Of a DNA stretch of 51,790 nucleotides, positions 8,534 to 18,057 are shown piece after piece. The stretch lies in NCBI GenBank assembly GCA_022563455.1, contig JADFNI010000002.1, forward strand, positions 1 to 51,790. The letters are read 5' to 3'. The position numbers were made by a program, and so were the translations under genes. How positions within the stretch are numbered: the first letter of the stretch is position 1; each line of letters starts with the position of its first letter. Below the pieces are notes generated by a model. It was not told the DNA's origin and ran no database searches. It saw only the letters and a program-made list of their open reading frames with translations. Source of the DNA: Nanobdellota archaeon. Its GTDB lineage: Archaea > Nanobdellota > Nanobdellia > Pacearchaeales > GW2011-AR1.

Positions 8534-9646
8534 TTAAATCTCCCTTTCTACCATTATTTGAAACATCTCTACGATCTCTTCTTCCGAAAAAACAGTTCCT
8601 TGAGACATCGAATTTGATTTAACTTGTTCTAACATCTTTACATATTCATCTTTAGTAAATTTATCTCCAAATAAATATTTTAAACCACTAGTTCCTGAGT
8701 GTTTTCCAAATAAGATTCTTCTTTTTTCCCCAATTATTCTTGGATCAAAATTCTCATAATTTCTTGGATATTTTATAATACCATCCACATGGGTTCCTGA
8801 TTCATGGGAAAAAGCATTTTCACCAGAGATAGGTTTATGCCTTTGCAATTTAGCTCCAGAATACTGTTCAACTAAGCCACATAATTCCCCTAATAATCTA
8901 TAATTTAATGGAAGTTCTCTTCCATACTGGTATCTAAGGGCCATTACAACTTCTTCTATTGGTGCATTTCCTGCTCTTTCGCCTATTCCGGTAAAAGTTC
9001 CTGAAAATAAATCAGCTCCTGCCTCGATTCCAGCTAAGGTATTTGCTGTTGCCTGGCCAAAATCATTGTGAATATGCAAGCCAATCTTACAATTTGTTTC
9101 TTGTTTTAATTTTCCAATAAATTCATATGTTTGTTTTGGTGTTAAAATTCCTAGAGTATCACATGAAAGAAAATAATCAATTTTACCTTCTAACGAATTA
9201 ATAAATTCAACTAAGTAACCTAAATCTGCTCTTGAAGAATCTTCTCCTGCGAAACTTACTCTTAATCCCCTTTCCCTTGCATATTCAACGTGCCTTATAG
9301 AATTCTCTAAGTTTTGTTGTCTTGAAATTTTTAATTTCTTACCTAGATGAATATCAGAAATTGAAGTAAATAAAGTTACGTTAGACATACCAATAGACTC
9401 TGCAAGATCAATATGTTCTCTTCTAGATAAGGTTGAGGCTGTTAGTTTATCATTCATTCCAATGCCAACTAAATATTCTGCAACTTCTGTTTCATATTTG
9501 GATATTGCTGGCATAAGTTCTATAATATCAACTCCAAATTTGGATATTTTTTTAGCTAAATCGATTTTTTGGCTTTTGTTAAAGATAACTCCTGGCATTT
9601 GTTCACCATCTCTTAATGTCGTATCAGATATTAGTATTTCACTCAT
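8534..9646 (-). CDS. HMGL-like aldolase-family synthase (homocitrate / 2-isopropylmalate / citramalate synthase homolog, short form without the LeuA regulatory domain)
   Basis: The N-terminal DTTLRDGEQ motif, plus HIHNDFGQATANTLAGIEAGA and GIGERAGNAPIEEV. Substrate specificity cannot be read from the sequence. Confidence 0.8.
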   Translation of the reverse strand: MSEILISDTTLRDGEQMPGVIFNKSQKIDLAKKISKFGVDIIELMPAISKYETEVAEYLVGIGMNDKLTASTLSRREHIDLAESIGMSNVTLFTSISDIHLGKKLKISRQQNLENSIRHVEYARERGLRVSFAGEDSSRADLGYLVEFINSLEGKIDYFLSCDTLGILTPKQTYEFIGKLKQETNCKIGLHIHNDFGQATANTLAGIEAGADLFSGTFTGIGERAGNAPIEEVVMALRYQYGRELPLNYRLLGELCGLVEQYSGAKLQRHKPISGENAFSHESGTHVDGIIKYPRNYENFDPRIIGEKRRILFGKHSGTSGLKYLFGDKFTKDEYVKMLEQVKSNSMSQGTVFSEEEIVEMFQIMVEREI

Positions 9647-9647
9647 T

Positions 9648-10130
9648 TTATTCTCCTAGTATGCTTACTAGATACTCTCTTGTTCCCTTATGTCTTCTAG
9701 GGCAAGGACCATCAAATTCTGCAAAAAGTATTCTTTGATATTGCCCAATTTGAAGGCTTCTTTCATATAATATTAGAGATACTGAATGATTTGAGTAAAG
9801 AGCCGCTTTAATGTGGCTGTGTCCGTTTTTTGGCTCATCAGGAGGACAGTCTCTTTCAGCAATGTTATCATGCCTATATTTTCCCTGAATTTGAGGTGCT
9901 TGATCATTTAAATGTCTGATTAAATCTTCAATTAGGAAATCTTCAAATTCATTACAATATACTCCTGTTGTAGTATGCATTGGCTGAACTAGAACATGGC
10001 CATCACTAAACTTTGATTCTTCTACTAATCTTTCAATAGAGGTGGTTATATCATAGATTCTTGTTGGTTCTCTTGTTTTTATCTCCACTCTTTTTAAAAA
10101 ATGCTTCATACAGGATATTATCAATAACAT
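9648..10130 (-). CDS. YjbQ/UPF0047-family protein (secondary thiamine-phosphate synthase-like)
   Basis: PMHTTTGVYCNEFED..L..D, HSHIKAALYSNHSVSLIL.. and QIGQYQRILFAEFDG match the family pattern. An alternative start is the Met at 10109 (MKHF..). There is a 1-nt gap to the downstream synthase gene. Confidence 0.7.
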   Translation of the reverse strand: MLLIISCMKHFLKRVEIKTREPTRIYDITTSIERLVEESKFSDGHVLVQPMHTTTGVYCNEFEDFLIEDLIRHLNDQAPQIQGKYRHDNIAERDCPPDEPKNGHSHIKAALYSNHSVSLILYERSLQIGQYQRILFAEFDGPCPRRHKGTREYLVSILGE

Positions 10131-10247
10131 GGGTTATATTTCTAATCTTTTGACAAGGATAATTTTTTGTAATTATTTTTTAATTTCTTTTATTCTTTAT
10201 CCTTTTTTGTTAATTAAGTAAAAAAATGACTATAAATATTTCTTATA

Positions 10248-11102
10248 ATGGGAAAGAGGGATAATAATTATTTTTTAAATTTATTGAAATCTATGAGAAT
10301 CTATAGATCTCTAATTCCCCTTTCTTTTATTATCCTTGTTGTGGGGTTTGCTAATCAATTAAGCAAAGAAATTATTATACTTTGTATCTCTTGCGTATTA
10401 CTATATGTATCTGGGGGAGTATTTAATGCAAAGATTGACAAGGATTTCAAAATAAAATATGTAAATATTTTCTTATTCTTAATCTTTATTACAACTCTTA
10501 TTCTTTCATTTTCGAACATAATAATATTTGCTGCGGTTTTATCTTGGATATTTTTAAATATTATTTACAGCAAATATTCTAGATTCGTTCTTTTTGGAGA
10601 TACTATCATTCTTGGATTTACTCATGTGATGATCCCAATTTTATCAGCCTCGTTACTTTTAAATTTAGATTATACTGTGACTATAAAATTAGCTAGTTTC
10701 ATGTTTTTTTCTATGATCTTAATCATGCCTATAAAAAATATTAAGGGAATAGATGAGGATAAAAAAAGAGGATATAAGACATTTTTAACGACTTATAGAA
10801 AGGGTAAGCAAATAACAATTGTTCTTATGTTCATGTATTTTACTTCCCTGTTTATGGCTTATTATGTATTTGATTTAGGAAATAAATTTTTACTTCTTTC
10901 TATTTTCTTTATTCCACTTTATATGGTCATGCATATGTGCATGATAAAGAAAATGGAAACACTTTCATATAAATGTAGTAGATTGTTGGTTTTATTTTTC
11001 TTGTTTGCAATTGTATTTGATCAAACCTCTAGAGTGGATTTTGTTGCTTTAAGCGCATTTCCAATTTTAGTATATCTTCCACATTTATTAACAAAAAATT
11101 AA
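10248..11102 (+). CDS. UbiA-family prenyltransferase (candidate archaeal lipid prenyltransferase)
   Basis: About 8 TM helices. Asp-rich loops FNAKIDKD and IKGIDEDKKRGYKTF resemble the two UbiA motifs, although the first is imperfect. Confidence 0.55.
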   Translation: MGKRDNNYFLNLLKSMRIYRSLIPLSFIILVVGFANQLSKEIIILCISCVLLYVSGGVFNAKIDKDFKIKYVNIFLFLIFITTLILSFSNIIIFAAVLSWIFLNIIYSKYSRFVLFGDTIILGFTHVMIPILSASLLLNLDYTVTIKLASFMFFSMILIMPIKNIKGIDEDKKRGYKTFLTTYRKGKQITIVLMFMYFTSLFMAYYVFDLGNKFLLLSIFFIPLYMVMHMCMIKKMETLSYKCSRLLVLFFLFAIVFDQTSRVDFVALSAFPILVYLPHLLTKN

Positions 11103-11103
11103 A

Positions 11104-12270
11104 ATGGAATATTATGATGTGATAATTATCGGAGGAGGTATTGCTGGTTGTGGCCTTGCGTATAATTTGAAAAGAATTGGATATACTGGAAGTGTTTTAA
11201 TGATTGAGAAAAATGAGATTGGATTTAATGAAAAGTATGGTACAAGAACAATGTTTGAAGAAATAATAAATGAGTATAATTTTAAACCACTTAAAACATT
11301 TAAAGGAATAAAAATAGGATTTGATGACGAACCATTTATAACCATAAAAACGCCAGTTTATTTAGTAGAGTATAAAAGGGCTTGTGAACAGCTTTTTAAA
11401 AAAAGTAATGCAAATTATAAAATGGAGTGTGTTGTTGATGTTAAAGGTGATATCATAGTAACAGAAAATAATTCTTATCATTCTAAATATATCATAGATT
11501 GTTCAGGAACCTCTTTTTTCCTTAGAAAGAAATTAAAATTGGCCCTCCCTTTTCGTTACTGGGTTGGTGATGTAAGTATACTTAGAAATAATATTAATAT
11601 AGAATCAGACCATATTTATTATAATTATGGGGATAAGCATGGGTATATCGAAGAGATTAACATCTCTCCCAAATATATAACTCATGGTTATTGGCAGTAT
11701 GTTAAAAATATAGACTTTTCTCAGATCAAACCACCAGAAAAAACTTTTTATAAAAAGCACTTAGTTAATACACAAATCATTAAAAAAGCTAAGGTAATAA
11801 TCCCAGCAACTCCAGTACTACCACTAGTTTATAAAAAAATTGCTTTTTTTGGAGATAGTTTTGGAATTGCTTCTAGTAGTACCGCTTATGGTACTGGTCC
11901 TATTCTTGACTCTTCAAAAATATTATCAATAGCCATAAAAAAAGGTGATTTAAAATATTTTGAAAGAGTATGGTGTAAAAAATATTTTAAATCTTATTTT
12001 AGAAGTATACTTTCTAAATATGATGGTTATCATGACTTAGATTCTAAATTCATACAAAAACTCAAAAAATATCCTAGTTTTTCTAAGCCAGCCAAGAGAT
12101 TCTTTACAATAAATAAAGGAGAAGATCTTCTCAAATTATTTAAGGATCCAACACATCAAATTAGAATGCCCAAGGAGGTTATAAAAATGTTTCCAAAAAG
12201 AAAAATAATCTTTTTGTCAATTTATTATATTTATTTAAAATCCAAGTATCTACTTATGAAGTTAAAGTAA
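11104..12270 (+). CDS. FAD-dependent oxidoreductase, possibly geranylgeranyl-reductase-like
   Basis: N-terminal dinucleotide-binding fold YDVIIIGGGIAGCGLAYNL. It starts 1 nt after the UbiA gene stop. The functional assignment rests mainly on context. Confidence 0.5.
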   Translation: MEYYDVIIIGGGIAGCGLAYNLKRIGYTGSVLMIEKNEIGFNEKYGTRTMFEEIINEYNFKPLKTFKGIKIGFDDEPFITIKTPVYLVEYKRACEQLFKKSNANYKMECVVDVKGDIIVTENNSYHSKYIIDCSGTSFFLRKKLKLALPFRYWVGDVSILRNNINIESDHIYYNYGDKHGYIEEINISPKYITHGYWQYVKNIDFSQIKPPEKTFYKKHLVNTQIIKKAKVIIPATPVLPLVYKKIAFFGDSFGIASSSTAYGTGPILDSSKILSIAIKKGDLKYFERVWCKKYFKSYFRSILSKYDGYHDLDSKFIQKLKKYPSFSKPAKRFFTINKGEDLLKLFKDPTHQIRMPKEVIKMFPKRKIIFLSIYYIYLKSKYLLMKLK

Positions 12271-13386
12271 AGTATATTGTAATTCTTTACTAAAATTATT
12301 TTTATCAAAAGAGATCTTACTTATTTGTAATTTTTTACCCAATATTTCTTCTAAGAATCCTTTAAGAGTAAAAACAACATAAGAGTATTTATAGCGTGAG
12401 ATAGGAGCATAAACAATGTTAACTATAATATGTTTATTATCTAATTTAAAGAAAAGTATTCCAAATCCAAGACCTGAAAACATATTTTTTAATAATTTTA
12501 ATTTTTGATTATTTTGTTGGAGTTGCCCTACTAAACTCTTTGCTATTTTATTTGAAGAGGAAGTTATGCTCTTCTCAAAGATGTCTTTTATTCCTTTCTC
12601 ATTATAATGTTTTGCAATTAATTCAAGACATCCAAATTCTATTGGAATAAGTGGCGCACCCATAAAATATGTTATGCCATTCTTATCAACCTGTATGTTC
12701 TTAAACTTTATTAATTCATCATATGAATAAACTCCTCTAGCAAATTTCGAATCATATTTGGGAAAATTCTTGTTATAATCCTTAAAAGGTTCTAGTTCCT
12801 TTTCATTTGGTATATACTTCTTCTTTATTTTTTTGTTTAGAATAATTCTACAATGACCATTAGGATAACACATAAATTCTGATTCAATATTTTCACCCAA
12901 TAAAAAACTTAGAATGCTGCTAATGAATCCACATATATAACTTGCATCTTTTGTCTTCCTTAATATGATACTATTTTTGCTAGATAAAACAAAATTATTA
13001 TAATCACTATCATAACTGAAATTTTCTAGTAATGTTAGTCCTGATGCTCGAAAACCAGTAAATACATGTTGTATAACCTCATTAAGCATAAATCTTGGAG
13101 GTCTTTTTGCTTTTCCAATTATTAGGTATCGAAGTCCTGCATCTTTTCCCATTTCATAAAAAAGCAGGGAGGTTTTCTCTTTTCCTAAAACAGTGATAGT
13201 ATTCATTTGTAAATCTGCAAAGGTGTCCTCGAAAAGATAAACTGTTCTGTTTTGAGCATAAACCCCCCCATATTTTCTACCTGATCTATTAATAATCACC
13301 CCAGGTTTATTTATAATAACTTTTTTTGAGAAAAATAACTTATCAAAAAGATAATTCCTAATATTAAAAATCTTCTCTTTTTCCAT
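12262..13386 (-). CDS. Hypothetical protein with V4R-like (4-vinyl reductase type) small-molecule-binding domain(s)
   Basis: ICGFISSILSFLLGENIESEFMCYPNGHCRIIL resembles the V4R signature (C.f..G...G......v.E..C...G...C.F). The second half looks like a degenerate copy. Confidence 0.45.
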   Translation of the reverse strand: MEKEKIFNIRNYLFDKLFFSKKVIINKPGVIINRSGRKYGGVYAQNRTVYLFEDTFADLQMNTITVLGKEKTSLLFYEMGKDAGLRYLIIGKAKRPPRFMLNEVIQHVFTGFRASGLTLLENFSYDSDYNNFVLSSKNSIILRKTKDASYICGFISSILSFLLGENIESEFMCYPNGHCRIILNKKIKKKYIPNEKELEPFKDYNKNFPKYDSKFARGVYSYDELIKFKNIQVDKNGITYFMGAPLIPIEFGCLELIAKHYNEKGIKDIFEKSITSSSNKIAKSLVGQLQQNNQKLKLLKNMFSGLGFGILFFKLDNKHIIVNIVYAPISRYKYSYVVFTLKGFLEEILGKKLQISKISFDKNNFSKELQYTLL

Positions 13387-13389
13387 TGT

Positions 13390-14730
13390 TTAATAGGCTG
13401 CCTTTATCTTGATCTTCTCACTCGCAAACAAAATCGTGGACGCAACAACAAGTGAAACCAAAGACAACTCCTCCCTTATAGGTGTTAAAATGGCAATGGC
13501 AAGAACTACAATTGGAGTTATCAACAGAGCATAGAAAACACTATTACTTTTAATTTCCTTAAATTGCATAATAATAATAATTGGGGCCAAGGTGATCATA
13601 GCAGCGGTAAAAATAAAAGCGAAGTTGACTATATCAGGGATTAATAATGCAAGAGTGACCCCTGTAATGGTTACAAAGAAAATTGATGACCTTGTAAGTT
13701 TTACTAGAGATTTTTTTGAAATGTTCTTAAAGCGAGAAAATATATCATTGGACAGGTTCATGCTCGCTAAAAAAATCAAGGTATCAGATGTTGACATAAT
13801 AGCGGCAAAAAGGATTATAATCCCTATCCATAATAGTTCTGGAGGCAGCAAAAAAGAAAACCCTTTAACCAACGCTTGGGCAGGATCAATGGAAGGAAAA
13901 TTAATTTTGGCAGCAATACCAATAAAAACAGCTAATAATCCAAAGATAATAGTAAGGAGGGCTGCAAGAGAAAACCCCTTTCTCATAACTTTTAAAGATT
14001 TAGCAGCATAAGCCCTCTGCCAAACGTCTCCTCCAATAATAACAAAAAACATTCCAAAAATAATAAATGCGATAATGGTTGGAATTTCTATTGAAGAAAA
14101 ACTTGCATCGGCAGGACTAATATTACTACTTAAAACAAAGAATCCAATAACCCCCATAAAAAAGAAAAGCATAAGATATTGTAATAAATCGGTTCTCACA
14201 ACAGCTCTAAAGCCTCCAAGATAAAGATAAATCATAATAATGAGTCCAATAACGAGTACAGACAATTGATAGCTTAGACCTATCAAACCACTTAAAATCT
14301 TTCCACCGGCAACAAACTGAATTATAATAAAACCCATAAAAAACAAAAAAAGCATTAAACCAATTAAAACTCCTGTCTTTTTATCAAATTTATTATTAAA
14401 ATAATCTGCCAAGGTATAAAATCTATTTTTATCAGAAGTCTCTTTTATGGACTTTCCAAAAATAGCAAATAAAACTAGCCCTAAAGACTGACCAAAAATA
14501 AGCCAGAGAGCAGGAATTCCATAAGTGTATGCAATGCCAATAAAAATTACTAAAAATCCTCCCCCTATAAAACCAGCATTTAAAGTCGCTGCAAGATGCA
14601 CAGATCCCAAGTTTCTATTCGCAATTAAAAAAGAATCTTCAGATTTTTTCTTAGAAGCTAAATAGCCAATGGTGACAACTAGAATAAAATAAAACAGGAT
14701 AACAAAAACTCCAAGACTTGTTACCTCCAT
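13390..14730 (-). CDS. Sodium:solute symporter (SSS) family transporter
   Basis: About 12-13 TM helices. The N-terminal FLIANRNLGSVHLAATLNAGFIGGG is typical of the SSS family. Confidence 0.8.
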   Translation of the reverse strand: MEVTSLGVFVILFYFILVVTIGYLASKKKSEDSFLIANRNLGSVHLAATLNAGFIGGGFLVIFIGIAYTYGIPALWLIFGQSLGLVLFAIFGKSIKETSDKNRFYTLADYFNNKFDKKTGVLIGLMLFLFFMGFIIIQFVAGGKILSGLIGLSYQLSVLVIGLIIMIYLYLGGFRAVVRTDLLQYLMLFFFMGVIGFFVLSSNISPADASFSSIEIPTIIAFIIFGMFFVIIGGDVWQRAYAAKSLKVMRKGFSLAALLTIIFGLLAVFIGIAAKINFPSIDPAQALVKGFSFLLPPELLWIGIIILFAAIMSTSDTLIFLASMNLSNDIFSRFKNISKKSLVKLTRSSIFFVTITGVTLALLIPDIVNFAFIFTAAMITLAPIIIIMQFKEIKSNSVFYALLITPIVVLAIAILTPIREELSLVSLVVASTILFASEKIKIKAAY

Positions 14731-14800
14731 AAAATATTAAGGAAAAATAGGTTCATTAAGTTAACTGTTGTTAACGGTGTTAATGATGATACTTGCTTAA

Positions 14801-15523
14801 TTATCCTAATTCTTCATCCTCAATAACTTGAATTCCAGCCTTTCCAATGTCATAACTCTTACTTTCTTTATATTGGTTTGTCCATCTCATTTTTGGAATG
14901 AAAATTCTTCTCTCAATTGTTCCGAGATCAAGAAAATCTAATTTGATCATGCCATCTACAAGATATGGGATGTTATAATCAAAACCATCTCCATATCCTT
15001 CGTTTTTTTCCAGAACTAATAAAGTTGTCAATTCATTTCTCCTCATAGTATAAAAAGAGTCTGTTATCATTTTTCTTACATTAATATTTGTAGCTAATGT
15101 ATGAGGATTGTCGATGGAACTAAAAAAGCAATTGAAACTGTCAATAACGAGTCTTTTTATTTTTTGGTCACTTTTTATCCTTTCGAGTAATTCAGTATAA
15201 ACTTTTTCATATTCTGGATAATCAAGGCATTTTATAATTATTAGTTCTTTTTTTTCTAAATCAAAAAATTCATCTGCAAAATCAAAATCTTTAATCATAT
15301 TGTCTATATTTCTTCTTGGTTCTTCTAAATTAATATAGATACACTTTTCTCCTTTTCTTGCACCTTCTAAGATAAAATGTAGACTAAAAATAGATTTACC
15401 AACACCTGGAGGACCTGAGAGTCCAATAACACTCCCATTAGGTAGGCCTCCTTGAATCATTGAATCAATTTGCTTTATTCCGAGACTTTTTCTTGTTAAT
15501 TTTTGTTCGTTTTTATTTTCCAT
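14801..15523 (-). CDS. KaiC-like / RecA-superfamily single-domain ATPase
   Basis: IDSMIQGGLPNGSVIGLSGPPGVGKSIFSLHFILEGARKGEKCIYINLEE (Walker A) and a Walker B-like RLVIDSF. Confidence 0.8.
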   Translation of the reverse strand: MENKNEQKLTRKSLGIKQIDSMIQGGLPNGSVIGLSGPPGVGKSIFSLHFILEGARKGEKCIYINLEEPRRNIDNMIKDFDFADEFFDLEKKELIIIKCLDYPEYEKVYTELLERIKSDQKIKRLVIDSFNCFFSSIDNPHTLATNINVRKMITDSFYTMRRNELTTLLVLEKNEGYGDGFDYNIPYLVDGMIKLDFLDLGTIERRIFIPKMRWTNQYKESKSYDIGKAGIQVIEDEELG

Positions 15524-15531
15524 TTTCTTGG

Positions 15532-15834
15532 TTAAATTTTAACCTTATTTACAACAAATATAAATAAAGTTCTCGTATCTGTTTCTATTTTTTGACATTT
15601 AACCTCTTCATCAAATTTTAAGTTCTCTCTTAATTCACGAGGTATTAGGAAGTATTTTGTTGCTTCCTTTGATCCTCTTTGAGACAGGTTTGATTTAATA
15701 TTTGCTGCATCTTCTGAAAAAAGATGTATATTCTTTATATGCCCTTTTAATTTAAGAGATTCTTCATAATCTATCTCCACTTCAAAGATTATCTTATTAT
15801 CTTTAGTTGTTTTTGTTCCAAGTATTCTTCCCAT
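15532..15834 (-). CDS. Small conserved protein, unknown function, co-oriented with the KaiC-like ATPase (8-nt gap)
   Basis: Paralog of 16048..16326 (shared HI.N.HLF.ED, RG.K...KYF.IP..LR, QKIET...T.F). The KYFLIPRELR segment is faintly AbrB/SpoVT-like. Confidence 0.55.
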   Translation of the reverse strand: MGRILGTKTTKDNKIIFEVEIDYEESLKLKGHIKNIHLFSEDAANIKSNLSQRGSKEATKYFLIPRELRENLKFDEEVKCQKIETDTRTLFIFVVNKVKI

Positions 15835-15925
15835 GTTGTTATTTTCTTAATTATAGTAGTTTCTTAGATTTTAAGAACCTTTCTAAATTTAATAAAAATC
15901 TTTATTATTTATTATTTGCTCTCTA

Positions 15926-15958
15926 ATTAGGATAAGTTTTTGCTAAAATTATCCTAAT
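15926..15958. promoter_or_regulatory. Perfect 10-bp inverted repeat ATTAGGATAA-N13-TTATCCTAAT in the divergent intergenic region
   Basis: Read directly: arms at 15926..15935 and 15949..15958. It lies between the divergently transcribed paralogs 15532..15834 (-) and 16048..16326 (+). Confidence 0.3.
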
Positions 15959-16047
15959 ATTCTTATAAGTAAGGTTTATAAGTTTAAAAGATGACTTAAG
16001 ATTGGAGACGATATAAAATCGGAAATATAATTAGAACAAAGGCTCTT

Positions 16048-16326
16048 TTGGATAAAATAATTTATAAAATTGAATTAAGTGAGGAGGAAGCACTTCAATT
16101 AAAAAATCATATAACAAATGTTCATCTCTTCGTTGAAGATTTATGTGATTCTAATGTTAAACTGATTGAAAGAGGAGCTAAAAAGGGGGCAAAGTATTTT
16201 ATAATTCCTTTAAATTTAAGATCAAGAAAAAAGAAGAGATATAGTAGTATCTCCTATCAAAAGATTGAAACTGGTGATAAAACTTTTTTTATCTGTGTTG
16301 TTCATAAAGATCCTTTGTTTAATTAA
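16048..16326 (+). CDS. Small conserved protein, divergent paralog of 15532..15834
   Basis: TTG start in the track. Alignable to the 100-aa protein over its whole length. Confidence 0.5.
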   Translation: MDKIIYKIELSEEEALQLKNHITNVHLFVEDLCDSNVKLIERGAKKGAKYFIIPLNLRSRKKKRYSSISYQKIETGDKTFFICVVHKDPLFN

Positions 16327-16405
16327 CCAAATCCCTTAATTTTTATCCCATATTTCTAATAAGTGTTATATATCTTATTTGATTTTGACTCTGGGAGAAT
16401 TGAAT

Positions 16406-16540
16406 ATGGCAAATTTGGATATTACACTAAAAGTGGCTAGAGAGATTAAGGAAGACTGTGATAAACTTAAGAAGGTTGGTGATTTAACAGAATATGGGGA
16501 GGGTCAATTAGGAATTGTTAATTTGATCTTGAAGAAATAG
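16406..16540 (+). CDS. Possible unannotated 44-aa ORF
   Basis: Hand translation: MANLDITLKVAREIKEDCDKLKKVGDLTEYGEGQLGIVNLILKK. GGGAG lies 8 nt upstream. No paralog is visible in the window, so support is weak. Confidence 0.25.
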   Translation: MANLDITLKVAREIKEDCDKLKKVGDLTEYGEGQLGIVNLILKK

Positions 16541-16541
16541 G

Positions 16542-16805
16542 TTAATTTTCTATTTTTTCTTTTACTAATTTTCCTCTTTTTGTTAATTGATAAACTCTTC
16601 CCAAGGTGTCTTTGGGGTTTAAACATTCTGCTAAGCCTTGATCCTTAAATGTTCTTAAAACCCTACTTGTTTCTGAAAGACCTAAATTAATTCTTTTTTT
16701 TATTTCAGTTACTGTTCTTGGGGTGTTCATTACCCTAATAACTATTTTTCTTTGTTTGCTTCTCATAACGAGGCTATAATCTCTCCAAAATTGTCTAATT
16801 CCCAT
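16542..16805 (-). CDS. Small winged-helix (ArsR-like) transcriptional regulator, paralog of 7012..7257
   Basis: KIVIRVMNTPRTVTEIKKRINLGLSETSRVLRTFKDQGLAECLNPKDTLGRVYQLTKRG. Confidence 0.7.
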   Translation of the reverse strand: MGIRQFWRDYSLVMRSKQRKIVIRVMNTPRTVTEIKKRINLGLSETSRVLRTFKDQGLAECLNPKDTLGRVYQLTKRGKLVKEKIEN

Positions 16806-16899
16806 ATTTATACTTAAGACTCAGATGTACTTAAATCTGTTTATTTTTTGTATATCTTTTGCATATAATCTATATAAATAGTAAAAAATTAATTTTTTC

Positions 16900-17166
16900 A
16901 TGGAAGCTAGTGAAGGGATTGTAGAAAAAGGAGATGAATCTGTTGTAGAAGATGTTGTAGAAGATGTTGTAGAATCTAGGATAGAAAATGTTGATAAAAA
17001 CCCTATTGATTCAAAGCTATTTGAAGATATAATTTATAAATTAGTTATGGATCATGATCTTACTGAAGAAGATAGAAAAATAATTGATGAGGTTGTTCTG
17101 AAAAAAGAAGGGGGTTATTATGATGACTCCGAGGGTAAAAATCTAAAAGAAGATAGTGAGTTATAA
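16900..17166 (+). CDS. Acidic 88-aa protein carrying the IIYKL..DR.II motif
   Basis: EDIIYKLVMDHDLTEEDRKIIDEVV matches the two mini-ORFs at 6137 and 6789. The N-terminus has the tandem VVEDVVEDVVE (DNA repeat gttgtagaagat). Divergent from the wHTH gene at 16805. Confidence 0.55.
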   Translation: MEASEGIVEKGDESVVEDVVEDVVESRIENVDKNPIDSKLFEDIIYKLVMDHDLTEEDRKIIDEVVLKKEGGYYDDSEGKNLKEDSEL

Positions 17167-17172
17167 AGATTA

Positions 17173-17703
17173 TTATTTTTTCCAATTAATTTTGGTAGAT
17201 TTTGTTCCGAGAGAATCTATTGCTTTATGTAAAAGAGATTTGATGTCGTTTTTTATTTGATTAGACAGTGGAATTCTTTCTACATTTAATCTTTCAAGAA
17301 TTTTATTTCCTTCGAGAGTAAGAGATTTTTCTTTTTCTAATGCTTCACATTCGTCTAAAGATGAACAAATTCTAGTAACTTCATAGGAATTGTTTCCTGT
17401 TGATAGACGAAGAACTGTAATATTATTCGGAATAGAGGAGATTTTATTTTCAATTTCTTCTTCATCAAGTTCTAAACCTTTTTGAGTTATTCCATACTTT
17501 GTAACTGAAACAGTATTTAGGCCTAGCATCTTCAAATCTAATTCGACGGTATAGGATTTAATTATATCTTCTTCAAGTTTTTTTCTGATTCTTCCAATTG
17601 CTTGGCTTGAAATTTTTAACTTATTTGCAATGGAAGTATCTGATAATTTTGCATCATCTATTAATAATTTCAACACTTTTTTTTCATTTTTGGTAAGCCA
17701 CAT
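17173..17703 (-). CDS. Lrp/AsnC-family transcriptional regulator
   Basis: N-terminal HTH NEKKVLKLLIDDAKLSDTSIANKLKISSQAIGRIRKKLEEDIIKSY followed by a ~90-aa RAM-like C-terminal domain. Confidence 0.7.
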   Translation of the reverse strand: MWLTKNEKKVLKLLIDDAKLSDTSIANKLKISSQAIGRIRKKLEEDIIKSYTVELDLKMLGLNTVSVTKYGITQKGLELDEEEIENKISSIPNNITVLRLSTGNNSYEVTRICSSLDECEALEKEKSLTLEGNKILERLNVERIPLSNQIKNDIKSLLHKAIDSLGTKSTKINWKK

Positions 17704-18015
17704 TTTACACCTCTTTTAAGTTTCAGACCTAAATTAATACATGCTTTAAGGTTAATATAACCATCGTTTCATATTGAATAATCTCTTCAAAAAAAGGATT
17801 CAAACTTAAATTTTTTGAGATAAATCTGTTTACAAAATGGATTATTACAGCGAGATATGAGAATTAGCTGTTTTTCTTAATATTTTTTTATGAACTATTT
17901 TGAAAACGAATAGTTTCAAATAATACTTTTATTGTAACTTTAAATTTCTTTTTAAACCATTTAATATTTAACGTTTTTTCCGTTAATAAAGTTCAATTTC
18001 CAAGAATAAATTTAT

Positions 18016-18057
18016 ATTGTAAATGATGTTGATTACATTGTAAATGATGTTAATTAC
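18016..18057. promoter_or_regulatory. Tandem 21-bp direct repeat (ATTGTAAATGATGTTGATTAC / ATTGTAAATGATGTTAATTAC) overlapping a TATA-like TTTATAT, 31 nt upstream of the wHTH start
   Basis: Read directly: copies at 18016..18036 and 18037..18057 with 1 mismatch. The 10-bp palindrome ACAACGTTGT follows at 18056..18065. Confidence 0.4.

Noticed and set aside
2423-14011. Other overlapping track ORFs (2423..2818 -, 9462..9659 +, 11112..11345 -, 13592..14011 +)
   Set aside because: Each is antisense to a gene with clear family motifs (beta-helix surface protein, HMGL synthase, FAD oxidoreductase, SSS transporter).
17893-17915. 7-bp stem hairpin AACTATT-N9-AATAGTT in the Lrp/wHTH intergenic region
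   Set aside because: A stem this short and AT-only is expected by chance in AT-rich DNA.
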